From positions 2,746-66,745 of the forward strand of contig JBEQUE010000005.1 in the NCBI GenBank assembly GCA_040349255.1: a stretch of DNA of 64,000 nucleotides. Reading direction: 5' to 3'. Under the pieces are notes generated by a model. The model made no database searches. It worked only from the letters and a program-made list of their open reading frames with translations, and had not been told where the DNA came from. Position numbers and translations under genes: made by a program. Shown here in pieces: positions 1 to 8,195 of this stretch. Position 1 is the stretch's first letter; each line of letters opens with the position of its first letter. Origin of the DNA: Acidobacteriota bacterium. Lineage in GTDB: Bacteria; Acidobacteriota; Thermoanaerobaculia; Multivoradales; UBA5704.

Positions 1-2005
1 TCTCGCAGGCGCTCAGGACCACCAGGTCGGCCATGAGCTTCCTCTGATAGATCTCGGACTCCCGCACGAAGCCGTCCTGAGGGCGTCCATGCTCGTCGTA
101 ACGCGACAGCACGAGGCCGGAGGAATTGGGATGCCCTCCCGCGATGTGGTGCGTCGAAATGTGAATCATCCGGGCCAGCTCCAGCTCGTGGGACAAGGCG
201 GTCTTTCGGTTCGCCTGGAATCCGAGAGCCTCGAAGCGCCTGGCCGGAGGAACGAGATCCAGGATCGCCAGGGCCTCCCGGCGCGAGAAGAAGAGGCGCG
301 CCAGATGCTCATCCGGAGACGCCACCCCGCTCCCTCTTCCCACCGGCGGTTGTGCCGGCCCCGGCAGGAAATGCCGGTCCTCGTCCCGCTCGAAGACAGG
401 ATCGGCGAGAACGGCAAGCTCCCTCGGCGCCGGGGGGCGGCCGGCGAGCTTGCGCCGAAGGCCGACCAGGAACGAGCCCGAGGGTACATTGCTGACCCGA
501 TGATCGACGATCAGCGGCCTTCCCGTCCTCGCGGTCAACCAGGTGAAGGGGATCTTGTGAAGAGCGCCGTCCGGGCTGACCAGCACACACTTCCGAAGCC
601 CGGGCACGGCAGCACGGGGGATCACCATGCGGCTCAGGGTCTCGACTTCCGCGCCGCTTCCGGCGGAAGACAGTTGCTGCCAAGCCTGCTCGACGGCGTC
701 CTCGACCTTGGCGCGCTTTGGCAGGTCGAACGAGGTGATCCCATCCTCGTCGACCCGCCACAGGAAGCTGTCTCGCTCACCCAGATCGTAGGCGAGCAGG
801 GTGCAATCCGCGCCCAGCTCCTGCTGGATCTCGGCCAGCGTGCTCCTCTCCGTGTCGGCGAGGGGCTCGCCCGAGACGTCGTCCAGAAGCGATCGGGAAT
901 GGGAGCGCTCGCGCACGTCGAAGGCTTTCCCATCCCATCCTCCGGTCCGATCCCGCCGGTGCCGTTCCATCAGGAGGGAGACATAGAGCTCGAAGTAACG
1001 CTGCCGCTTGGAAAAGAAGGAGACGCGCAGCCCGGGATCGTCCAGATCGGCCCGGACGGGCTCCACCAGCGACACGGAGCGATCGACGGACGAAATTGCC
1101 TCCTCGAGCCGTCCGAGATCCCGGAGCACCTCGGCCCGACCGAACAGCATGGACGACTTCGCGAGCGGCTCGCTCAGGGGCTCGAGGAGAGCCAGGGCCT
1201 GATCGAAACGGCGCAGGGCTTCGCCCTCCCGGCCCTGCAGATCGGCGATGTGCGCCAGGTCGGCGATCATGAAAGCCTCCCAGCGGACATCTCCCGTCTG
1301 ATGAGACAGGGACCGGGCCCTCTCCAGCTCCTGCGACGCCTGGTCGAGATTTCCCAGATCGCGGTACACCGTTCCGAGCCGACCGCGGAACCGGGCCTCT
1401 TCATCGGGTGTCTCGACAAGCTCGAGAGCCGTCTCATACATCGAGAGCGCCCTCGCCGGAACCTTCATGTCGTGCAGGGCCAACCCCGCGCCGTCGAGCA
1501 CGTCCAGGTGGACCTCCCGGAGATCCTTTATCTGGAGGAGGTCAAGCGCCCGGTTGTAGATCTCGAAAGCCTTCTGGGTCTGGCCCAGCAGCAGGAGGAG
1601 CTGGCCGAGATTGGCGAGAGTGCGCGCCTCCTCCGCGGGCTCGCCGGCCCTGGGCCAGATGGCCAGCGCTTTCCCATACTGGCTCAAGGCCTCCTGGTAT
1701 CGGCCTTGATAGTCCGCGACCAGGCCGAGGCCATTGTGAGCCTTGGCTTCCGCCGAGGCGTCGCCCGCGCGCACCGCCAGGTCCAGGGCACGGGCAAAGA
1801 GCTCTCCGGCCTTGTCCAGATGCAACGCCTTCCATTCGACGAGCCCGTCCTCCACCGCCTTCCTGGCTTCCTCACTGCGTCCTCCCGGCGCGGCAGCCGG
1901 GGGGCGCGCCGGGCCGGAAGTGCTCTGAGGCGCAAGGGCCGGATGGGCGGCGGCCAGCGCCAGCAGGGAGAAGACGATCGGAAGGCAACGATGGTTATCG
2001 ATCAT
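1..2005 (-). CDS. CHAT domain protein with signal peptide and TPR-like repeats (3' end runs off the left edge)
   Basis: My own minus-strand translation starts at ATG 2005..2003: MIDNHRCLPIVFSLLALAAAHPALA (signal-like). TPR-like helices follow (AKAHNGLGLVADYQGRYQEALSQYGKALAI, LGTVYRDLGNLDQASQELERA). It ends with MIHISTHHIAGGHPNSSGLVLS...LMADLVVLSACE, the typical CHAT His/Cys region. It is absent from the ORF track because no stop lies inside the window. It overlaps the upstream anti-sigma stop by 11 nt. Confidence 0.8.
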   Translation of the reverse strand, partial: MIDNHRCLPIVFSLLALAAAHPALAPQSTSGPARPPAAAPGGRSEEARKAVEDGLVEWKALHLDKAGELFARALDLAVRAGDASAEAKAHNGLGLVADYQGRYQEALSQYGKALAIWPRAGEPAEEARTLANLGQLLLLLGQTQKAFEIYNRALDLLQIKDLREVHLDVLDGAGLALHDMKVPARALSMYETALELVETPDEEARFRGRLGTVYRDLGNLDQASQELERARSLSHQTGDVRWEAFMIADLAHIADLQGREGEALRRFDQALALLEPLSEPLAKSSMLFGRAEVLRDLGRLEEAISSVDRSVSLVEPVRADLDDPGLRVSFFSKRQRYFELYVSLLMERHRRDRTGGWDGKAFDVRERSHSRSLLDDVSGEPLADTERSTLAEIQQELGADCTLLAYDLGERDSFLWRVDEDGITSFDLPKRAKVEDAVEQAWQQLSSAGSGAEVETLSRMVIPRAAVPGLRKCVLVSPDGALHKIPFTWLTARTGRPLIVDHRVSNVPSGSFLVGLRRKLAGRPPAPRELAVLADPVFERDEDRHFLPGPAQPPVGRGSGVASPDEHLARLFFSRREALAILDLVPPARRFEALGFQANRKTALSHELELARMIHISTHHIAGGHPNSSGLVLSRYDEHGRPQDGFVRESEIYQRKLMADLVVLSACE

Positions 2006-2789
2006 CAACTTCGAATTCGATGCTGCCGACAGGTTCCGGCGGGCCTTTGCCGAGCCCATACAGCACGGCTTCATATCTGCCCGACTCCAGGGTGGCGCCG
2101 GGGAGCTTGAACGAAACCTCCCAGTCTTGCGCGGACGGAGACGAAGTCTGCTCGACCTCGGAGGTCTTCCAAATCACCTTCCGGCCGCTCAGGATGCGGC
2201 CCTCGTAATGGGGATAGCTCTCCGGGTAAAAGTGGAAAACCGCCGGCCGGCGCGGCGGCGATACCGCGTCGATGGGAGGTTGACTCTCCCCTCCCCCTCG
2301 CACGTTCTCCCCTTCGTAGAAGTCCTTGGCCGCGAGCTCCGGCTTTGGAATGATCATCCAGGCGCCCCATCCCGCGGCCACGGCCACGAGCGCTGCCGCC
2401 ACAGAGCGCCATGGCCGTCGCTTGCGCGGCAGGATCACGGGTGCCGGTGCGGGTGGAGCCGGAGCCGGGAACGGCACCACCGGAGCCGGCTCCCTCTCCC
2501 GGATCCGCGCCCGCAGCGCCTGCCAGTCCTCCTCCACCTCGGCATCGGTCAGCTCGGGGACGCCCGGCGGCGGAGCCAGGTCGGCGAAGCCGGCGAGATC
2601 CAGGAGCAGGTCGCTGCACAGCCGGCAGTGGGCCAGGTGCTCGCGGACCCTCTCCTGGTCCTGCGGCGGCAGGGTGCCTTCGTGATAGGCGGCCAGCTCT
2701 CCGGGCGTCGAGTGCTCGGCCGAAGTGCGGTGCTCCTGTTCCGCCAGGAGGCGGAGGGCCGCGGTCAGGGATGTCTTTTCGTCGTTCAC
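1995..2789 (-). CDS. Anti-sigma factor (zf-HC2-like N-terminus, one TM helix, extracytoplasmic C-domain)
   Basis: Contains the HLAHCRLCSDLLLDL zinc-finger-like motif and the TM segment WRSVAAALVAVAAGWGAWMII. Overlaps the upstream ECF sigma gene by 4 nt. Confidence 0.75.
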   Translation of the reverse strand: MNDEKTSLTAALRLLAEQEHRTSAEHSTPGELAAYHEGTLPPQDQERVREHLAHCRLCSDLLLDLAGFADLAPPPGVPELTDAEVEEDWQALRARIREREPAPVVPFPAPAPPAPAPVILPRKRRPWRSVAAALVAVAAGWGAWMIIPKPELAAKDFYEGENVRGGGESQPPIDAVSPPRRPAVFHFYPESYPHYEGRILSGRKVIWKTSEVEQTSSPSAQDWEVSFKLPGATLESGRYEAVLYGLGKGPPEPVGSIEFEVDDR

Positions 2790-3358
2790 GTCACGTCAAT
2801 CCTGAAATAATCCGACAACCGGTCCCGGAGATGCTGCCTCGCCTGATACAGGTGCGCCTTCACCGTCTCGATGGAGACCTCCATCTCCTCCGCGATCTCA
2901 CGATACTTCATATCGCTGGTCACGCGCAGCATGACGGCCTTCTTCATCTGGGGAGGCAGTTCCTCCAGAGCCTCCCGGAGAAGCCGGGAGCGCTCCTCGG
3001 ACAACATCGACTCCAACGCATCCTCATCACTCTCCGGGTCGCTCGCGTCGGTCGAGTCCAGAGAGACTTCCTCGGCGTCGCGCTTCTGAGCCGCCTGGCT
3101 CCGAAGGGTGTTCTTGTACAGGTTGTTCGCGATCTGAAACAGCCAGGTGACCAGGCTGCTGTCACCCCGGAACCCCTGTCTGTATTTATAGACCCGGAAG
3201 AATGTCTCCTGGGCTAGATCGCGGCTCTCTTCCGTTGAAAATCCCTTGTTCTGGAAGAAGGCCACCACCGGACGGTAGTACCTCCGGAAAAGCTCTTCGG
3301 AAGCTTCCGGCGCGCGATCCTCGGGGTCATCCGGGACGAGGTCGTCCGTCATGGCCAT
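2786..3358 (-). CDS. ECF-family RNA polymerase sigma-70 factor
   Basis: Region 2 (LAQETFFRVYKYRQGFRGDSSLVTWLFQIANNLYKN) and region 4 HTH (MKYREIAEEMEVSIETVKAHLYQARQHLRDRL). Confidence 0.9.
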   Translation of the reverse strand: MAMTDDLVPDDPEDRAPEASEELFRRYYRPVVAFFQNKGFSTEESRDLAQETFFRVYKYRQGFRGDSSLVTWLFQIANNLYKNTLRSQAAQKRDAEEVSLDSTDASDPESDEDALESMLSEERSRLLREALEELPPQMKKAVMLRVTSDMKYREIAEEMEVSIETVKAHLYQARQHLRDRLSDYFRIDVT

Positions 3359-3517
3359 CCTTATGTCTCCATCTGGAGAAAAACTTCGTGTCCCATCCTA
3401 GCCATTCCGGAACTCCGCGACAAGGGCCGGTTGGCACACATCATGAACCGTCCTCCTTCGCCGCCCGGGTGAAAGCGAGCGGCCCGCAGAGACACTTGAC
3501 TGACGAGGAGGTCCACC

Positions 3518-4261
3518 ATGGAGAAGCGTCTCGACGGCAAGATTGCCATCATCACCGGCGCGGGCACCGGCATCGGAGAGGCCATCGCGCACAAGTTCGC
3601 CAAGGAGGGGGCCACGGTCATCCTCAACGGTCTGCCGGGCGATCCCATCGAAGAGGTGGCTTCGGCCATCCGGAAGCACGGCGCCACCGCTCTCACCTAT
3701 GCCGGCGACGTGTCCCAGGAGCGCCATGCCCAGGCGATCGTCCAGCTCACGGTGGACCGCCTGGGACGGCTCGACGTCCTGATCAACAATGCCGGGTACG
3801 TCCCGGCGGTCTTCGCGACGCAGGAGGACATCGACACCCTCGTCCGGGCCAACATCCGGAGCGTGTTCCTGATGGCCCGGTACGCCCTGCCCCATCTCCG
3901 GCAGAGCCGCGGCAACATCGTGTCCGCCGGGTCCGAGTCCGGGGGCACCAAGAGCTGGATCCACTCCTTCATGCACGGCGTCGCCGTCGAGGAGGCCAGG
4001 CACGGGGTGCGCGCCAACTGCGTCTGCACCGGGGCGGTCGACACGGCCTGGGCCGGCCGCGGCACGCCGGAGGAGATCGCGAACGTCTACGCCTTCCTGG
4101 CCTCGGACGAGGCCAGCTATGTCACCGGCGCACTGTGGGTGGTGGACGGCGGGGTCACGGTCGCCAAGGGCGCCATTGCCAAGGAGGAGACGCCGAAGGA
4201 GCTACGGAAGGTCACTCCGGAGCCGACGGCGGCTCCGGAGCCGGTGACAGTGCGAAAGTAA
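3518..4261 (+). CDS. Short-chain dehydrogenase/reductase (SDR) family protein, atypical
   Basis: TGAGTGIG cofactor motif, NNAG, and a C-terminal FLASDEASYVTGALWVVDGG. No recognisable YxxxK, and a ~30-aa Pro/Glu/Thr-rich tail. Confidence 0.75.
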   Translation: MEKRLDGKIAIITGAGTGIGEAIAHKFAKEGATVILNGLPGDPIEEVASAIRKHGATALTYAGDVSQERHAQAIVQLTVDRLGRLDVLINNAGYVPAVFATQEDIDTLVRANIRSVFLMARYALPHLRQSRGNIVSAGSESGGTKSWIHSFMHGVAVEEARHGVRANCVCTGAVDTAWAGRGTPEEIANVYAFLASDEASYVTGALWVVDGGVTVAKGAIAKEETPKELRKVTPEPTAAPEPVTVRK

Positions 4262-4273
4262 GTCTTCGGGCCT

Positions 4274-4897
4274 TTACTTCGGCGCCGGCGCCGCGGCTTC
4301 CTGGCGGTCCGACTCGACCGAGATGCTGACCTTCACGTCGTCGCCCAGGATCGCGCCGCCCGTGTCGAGCGCCCGGTTCCAGGTGATGCCGAACTCCTTG
4401 CGGTCCAGCTTGAAGGCGGTCTCGAAACCGGCCTTCTCGCCGCGCGGGGTCTTGACCGAGCCCAGGACGTCCACCTGGATCGTCGTCTTCTTCGTGACGC
4501 CCTTGATGGTCATGTCGCCCGTCACCTCCAGGGTGTCGGCGTCCACGGCCTTGACCGAGGTGCTCGTGAAGGACCAGGTGGGGAACTTCTCCACGTCGAA
4601 GAAGTCGGGCGAGCGCAGGTGGTTGTCGCGGTCGTCGTTGTCGGTGTCGATCGACTTGGCCTGGACGGTGAAGCTGACGCTCGACGCCGCCGGGTTCGCC
4701 TTGTCGTACTTGATCGTGCCGTCGAAGTCCTTGAAGCGGCCGGACACGTTGCTGACGAAGTGCCGGATGGTAAAGCCGACGCCGCTGTGGTCGGGATCCA
4801 CCTTGTAGACCACCGGATCGGCTGAAGCCGCTGTTGCGAAGAGACCCGGGAGCAGGAGAGCGAGGGACAGGGCCTGGATGAAAGCTTTGGGCTTCAA
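4274..4897 (-). CDS. YceI-family periplasmic (polyisoprenoid-binding-like) protein
   Basis: Signal peptide followed by YKVDPDHSGVGFTIRHFVSNVSGRFKDFDGTIKYD and the typical YceI ending (ITWNRALDTGGAILGDDVKVSISVE). Confidence 0.85.
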   Translation of the reverse strand: MKPKAFIQALSLALLLPGLFATAASADPVVYKVDPDHSGVGFTIRHFVSNVSGRFKDFDGTIKYDKANPAASSVSFTVQAKSIDTDNDDRDNHLRSPDFFDVEKFPTWSFTSTSVKAVDADTLEVTGDMTIKGVTKKTTIQVDVLGSVKTPRGEKAGFETAFKLDRKEFGITWNRALDTGGAILGDDVKVSISVESDRQEAAAPAPK

Positions 4898-4933
4898 GTT
4901 CGGTTCCTCCGGAAATTTGGCAGCCGCACTCTA

Positions 4934-7636
4934 TCAGACCAGCAGTGCGTAGGGTTTCTCGGGGTCGATCCCCAGCTCCCCGATGGCCTTGCGGGCTGCC
5001 GCGGCGTCGATCTCGCCGCGCTTCGCGAGCTCGGCCAGGGCGGCGGCGGCCACGCTCTCGGCGTCCACCTCGAAGAAGCGGCGCAGGGCCTCGCGGGTGT
5101 CGCTGCGGCCGAAGCCGTCGGTGCCCAGGGGGTGGAACCGGCCCGGCAGCCAGCGGGCGATCTGGTCGGGGACCAGCTTCATGTAGTCGGTCACCGCGAG
5201 GATCGGCCGGTCGTCGCCCTCGAACAGCGAGACCACGTACGGCTTGCGCGGCTCCTCGCCGGGATGGAGACGGTTCCAGCGCTCGGCTTCGAGCGCGTCC
5301 CGCCTCAGCTCCTTGTAGCTCGTGGCGCTCCAGACCTCGGCGGCCACGCCGAAGCGCTCGGCCAGGATCTGCTGCGCCCGCAGCGCCTCGCGATGCAGCG
5401 AGCCGCTGCCCAGGAGGTGGACCTTCGGTTTGTCCTCGGTCCCCTCCAGAACGCCTTTGAACTTGTAGAGCCCCTTGAGGATACCCTCGCGGCAGTCGGG
5501 CGAGGGGAGCGGCGGCATCGGGTAGTTCTCGTTGGTCAGGGTGATGTAGTAGAAGATGTCCTCCCGGTCCTTGTACATCCGCCGCAGGCCGTCCTCCAGG
5601 ATGACCGCGATCTCATAGGCATAGGCCGGGTCGTAGGCCAGGAGGTTCGGCACCACGCTCGCGAGCACCAGGCTGTGGCCGTCCTCGTGCTGGAGCCCCT
5701 CGCCGTTGAGCGTCGTGCGGCCGGAGGTGGCGCCGAGCAGGAAGCCGCGCGCCCGCTGGTCCGCCGCGGCCCAGATGAGGTCGCCCACGCGCTGGAAGCC
5801 GAACATCGAGTAGAAGATGAAGAACGGGATGGCGTCGATGCCGTGCGTGGCGTACGAGGTGCCGGCGGCGATGAAGGACGCCATGGAGCCGGCCTCGGTG
5901 ATGCCCTCCTCCAGGATCTGGCCGTTCGTGGCCTCGCGGTAGTAGAGCAGCATGCTCTTGTCCACCGGCTCGTAGAGCTGGCCCACGTGCGAGTAGATGC
6001 CGAACTGGCGGAAGAGCGACTCCATGCCGAAGGTGCGCGCCTCGTCCGGCACGATCGGCACCACCTTGGGGCCGATCTCCTCGTCCTTGAGGAGCTGGGT
6101 GAGCATCTGGACGAACACCATGGTGGTGGAGACGTCGCGGTCCACGCCGGTGTAGTAGCGCTCCCAGGTGCTGGACGCGGGCTGCGGCAGCGGCTCCTTG
6201 CGCACCCGGCGGCTCGGCACGGAGCCGCCCAGCGCGCGGCGGCGCTCCTGGAGGTACTGGATCTCGGGGCTGTCGTCCGCCGGCCGGTAGAACGGGATGT
6301 CGTGCAGATCCTTGTCCGGGATCGGGATGTCGAAGCGGTCGCGGAAGAAGCGCAGCTCGTCCTCGTTGAGCTTCTTCTGCTGGTGGGTGACGTTGCGCCC
6401 CTCGCCGGCCTCGCCGAGGCCATAGCCCTTGACGGTCTTGGCCAGGATGACCGTGGGCGAGCCGGTGTGCTCCACCGCGGCCTTGAACGCGGTGTAGACC
6501 TTGACCGGGTCGTGGCCGCCGCGGCGCAGCTCGTGGAGCTGCTCGTCGGTGTAATTCTTGACCAGCTCCGCCAGCTCGGGGTGCTTGCCGAAGAACTCGC
6601 GGCGGATGTAGTCGCCACCCTCGACGGTGTACTTCTGGAACTCGCCGTCGAGGGTCTCGTTCATGCGCTGGATGAGGAGGCCGGTGTTGTCGGCCTCGAT
6701 GAGGGGATCCCAGTCGGAGCCCCAGATGACCTTGATGACGTTCCAGCCGGCGCCGCGGAAGTTGGTCTCCAGCTCCTGGATGATCTTGCCGTTGCCGCGC
6801 ACGGGTCCGTCGAGGCGCTGCAGGTTGCAGTTGATGACGAAGATCAGGTTGTCGAGCTTCTCGCGGGCGGCGAGGCTGATGGCGCCGAGCGACTCGGGCT
6901 CGTCGGTCTCGCCGTCGCCCAAAAACGCCCAGATCTTGCGGTTCTGGGGGTCGCGCAGGCCGCGGTCGCGCAGGTAGCGGTTGAACTTGGCCTGATAGAT
7001 GGCGGTGATCGGTCCCAGGCCCATGGAGACGGTGGGGAACTCCCAGAAGTCGGGCATGAGCCAGGGATGGGGATAGGAGGCGAGGCCGCCGCCGGTCTCC
7101 AGCTCGCGGCGGAAGGCCTCCATGCGCTCGATCGGGATGCGCCCTTCGAGGAAGGCGTTGGCGTAGATGCCCGGCGAGGCGTGGCCCTGGATGTAGAGCA
7201 TGTCGCCGTCGAAACCGCCTTCGCCGCGTCCCTTGAAGAAGTGGTGCAGGCCGACCTGGTAGAGGGTGGCGGCGGAAGCGTAGGTGGAAATGTGGCCGCC
7301 CAGGCCGGCGAAGCGCTTGTTGGCGCGCACCACCATGGCCATGGCGTTCCAGCGCACGAGGCTCTTGATCTTGCGCTCGACGGCGCGGTCGCCGCCGTAG
7401 GCCGGCTCCTTGTCCCTGGGGATCGTATTGATGTACGGCGTGTTGCCGGTGAACGGGAGGGTGACGTTCTTCTCGTAGCCTTTCTCCAGCAGTTTCTTGA
7501 GGAGGAAGCAGGCGCGGTCGTGCCCTTCGATCTCGACCACCTGCTCGAAGGCGGTCAGCCACTCCTCGGTCTCCTGGACGTCGGCGTCCTTGCCCCCCGT
7601 GTACCAGTTCAGCGGGGTCCTGAACTCCTCGCTCAT
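4934..7636 (-). CDS. aceE: Pyruvate dehydrogenase E1 component, homodimeric type
   Basis: 900 aa. Has the N-terminal DADVQETEEWLTAFEQVV, the ThDP motif GDGETDEPESLGA...NCNLQRLDGPVRGNGKI, and a transketolase-like C-half. Confidence 0.95.
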   Translation of the reverse strand: MSEEFRTPLNWYTGGKDADVQETEEWLTAFEQVVEIEGHDRACFLLKKLLEKGYEKNVTLPFTGNTPYINTIPRDKEPAYGGDRAVERKIKSLVRWNAMAMVVRANKRFAGLGGHISTYASAATLYQVGLHHFFKGRGEGGFDGDMLYIQGHASPGIYANAFLEGRIPIERMEAFRRELETGGGLASYPHPWLMPDFWEFPTVSMGLGPITAIYQAKFNRYLRDRGLRDPQNRKIWAFLGDGETDEPESLGAISLAAREKLDNLIFVINCNLQRLDGPVRGNGKIIQELETNFRGAGWNVIKVIWGSDWDPLIEADNTGLLIQRMNETLDGEFQKYTVEGGDYIRREFFGKHPELAELVKNYTDEQLHELRRGGHDPVKVYTAFKAAVEHTGSPTVILAKTVKGYGLGEAGEGRNVTHQQKKLNEDELRFFRDRFDIPIPDKDLHDIPFYRPADDSPEIQYLQERRRALGGSVPSRRVRKEPLPQPASSTWERYYTGVDRDVSTTMVFVQMLTQLLKDEEIGPKVVPIVPDEARTFGMESLFRQFGIYSHVGQLYEPVDKSMLLYYREATNGQILEEGITEAGSMASFIAAGTSYATHGIDAIPFFIFYSMFGFQRVGDLIWAAADQRARGFLLGATSGRTTLNGEGLQHEDGHSLVLASVVPNLLAYDPAYAYEIAVILEDGLRRMYKDREDIFYYITLTNENYPMPPLPSPDCREGILKGLYKFKGVLEGTEDKPKVHLLGSGSLHREALRAQQILAERFGVAAEVWSATSYKELRRDALEAERWNRLHPGEEPRKPYVVSLFEGDDRPILAVTDYMKLVPDQIARWLPGRFHPLGTDGFGRSDTREALRRFFEVDAESVAAAALAELAKRGEIDAAAARKAIGELGIDPEKPYALLV

Positions 7637-7712
7637 GCTCGCATGACCTCCTGCCCCGGGCCAAACCCCCCGGGGGACGACCTAGATTGTCACGTCTGGG
7701 GCCGCCGCGCCA

Positions 7713-8195
7713 ATGGATCGGGCCAGAGATCGGGATAGAATGCGCGCCACTGTCCGAGGGGAGGGAACCGTGATCGGCAGAGCGTTTGCCCGGATGCTGC
7801 TTCTCCTGACCGTCGTGGGAATTGTCCTGGGGACTGCGGGATGCCAGAACCCGCAGCGTCCGCCATTCATCTTCGAGATCCCGGCCGGCTACAAGGGCTG
7901 GGTGTCGGTGCAGTTCTTCCGCCCGGACTGTCCGGAGGTGCCGCTCGAAGGGGAGAAGGTGGTGGTCAAGATCCCGGCGAACGGCAGCCTGTGCACGGGC
8001 ACGCCGCTCGGCTTCGGGGAGGTCCGGGACGAGTACTACTACGTGGATGCTTCGGGCAACCGGACCGACGCCAGGGCCGACGTCCGGCAGGAGCACGTGG
8101 CGATCGAGGGCGCGGCCCCGAAGAAGATCTTCGAGCGCTTCTTCGTCGGCACCGAGGCCGAGCTCAAGACATCGACCGAGCCCCGCTCCGAGTGA
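7713..8195 (+). CDS. Hypothetical small lipoprotein/secreted protein (start uncertain)
   Basis: N-terminus RAFARMLLLLTVVGIVLGTAGCQNP resembles a lipoprotein signal. No recognisable domain. An internal GTG/ATG start near 7770-7790 is plausible. The 3' end overlaps the convergent caspase gene. Confidence 0.5.
   Translation: MDRARDRDRMRATVRGEGTVIGRAFARMLLLLTVVGIVLGTAGCQNPQRPPFIFEIPAGYKGWVSVQFFRPDCPEVPLEGEKVVVKIPANGSLCTGTPLGFGEVRDEYYYVDASGNRTDARADVRQEHVAIEGAAPKKIFERFFVGTEAELKTSTEPRSE

Noticed and set aside
89-2110. A 673-aa plus-strand ORF (the longest ORF in the first 2 kb of the track)
   Set aside because: It is antisense to a minus-strand frame that translates into clean signal peptide, TPR and CHAT motifs. 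Its own translation is Arg/Gly/Pro/Leu-rich with no motif, as is typical of high-GC antisense ORFs.
5132-8096. Long ORFs 5132..7738 (+, 868 aa) and 5613..8096 (-, 827 aa) overlapping aceE
   Set aside because: The aceE frame (4934..7636 -) carries unambiguous E1/ThDP motifs. The others are alternative-frame artefacts with low-complexity Arg/Ala/Gly/Pro composition. The same reasoning applies to 7822..9864, 10909..12759, 17456..19297, 19327..21444, 21195..22934, 24708..26648, 36720..38432, 38114..39889, 40120..42174, 42720..45032, 46583..48532, 49800..51722, 52249..54246 and 53961..55349.
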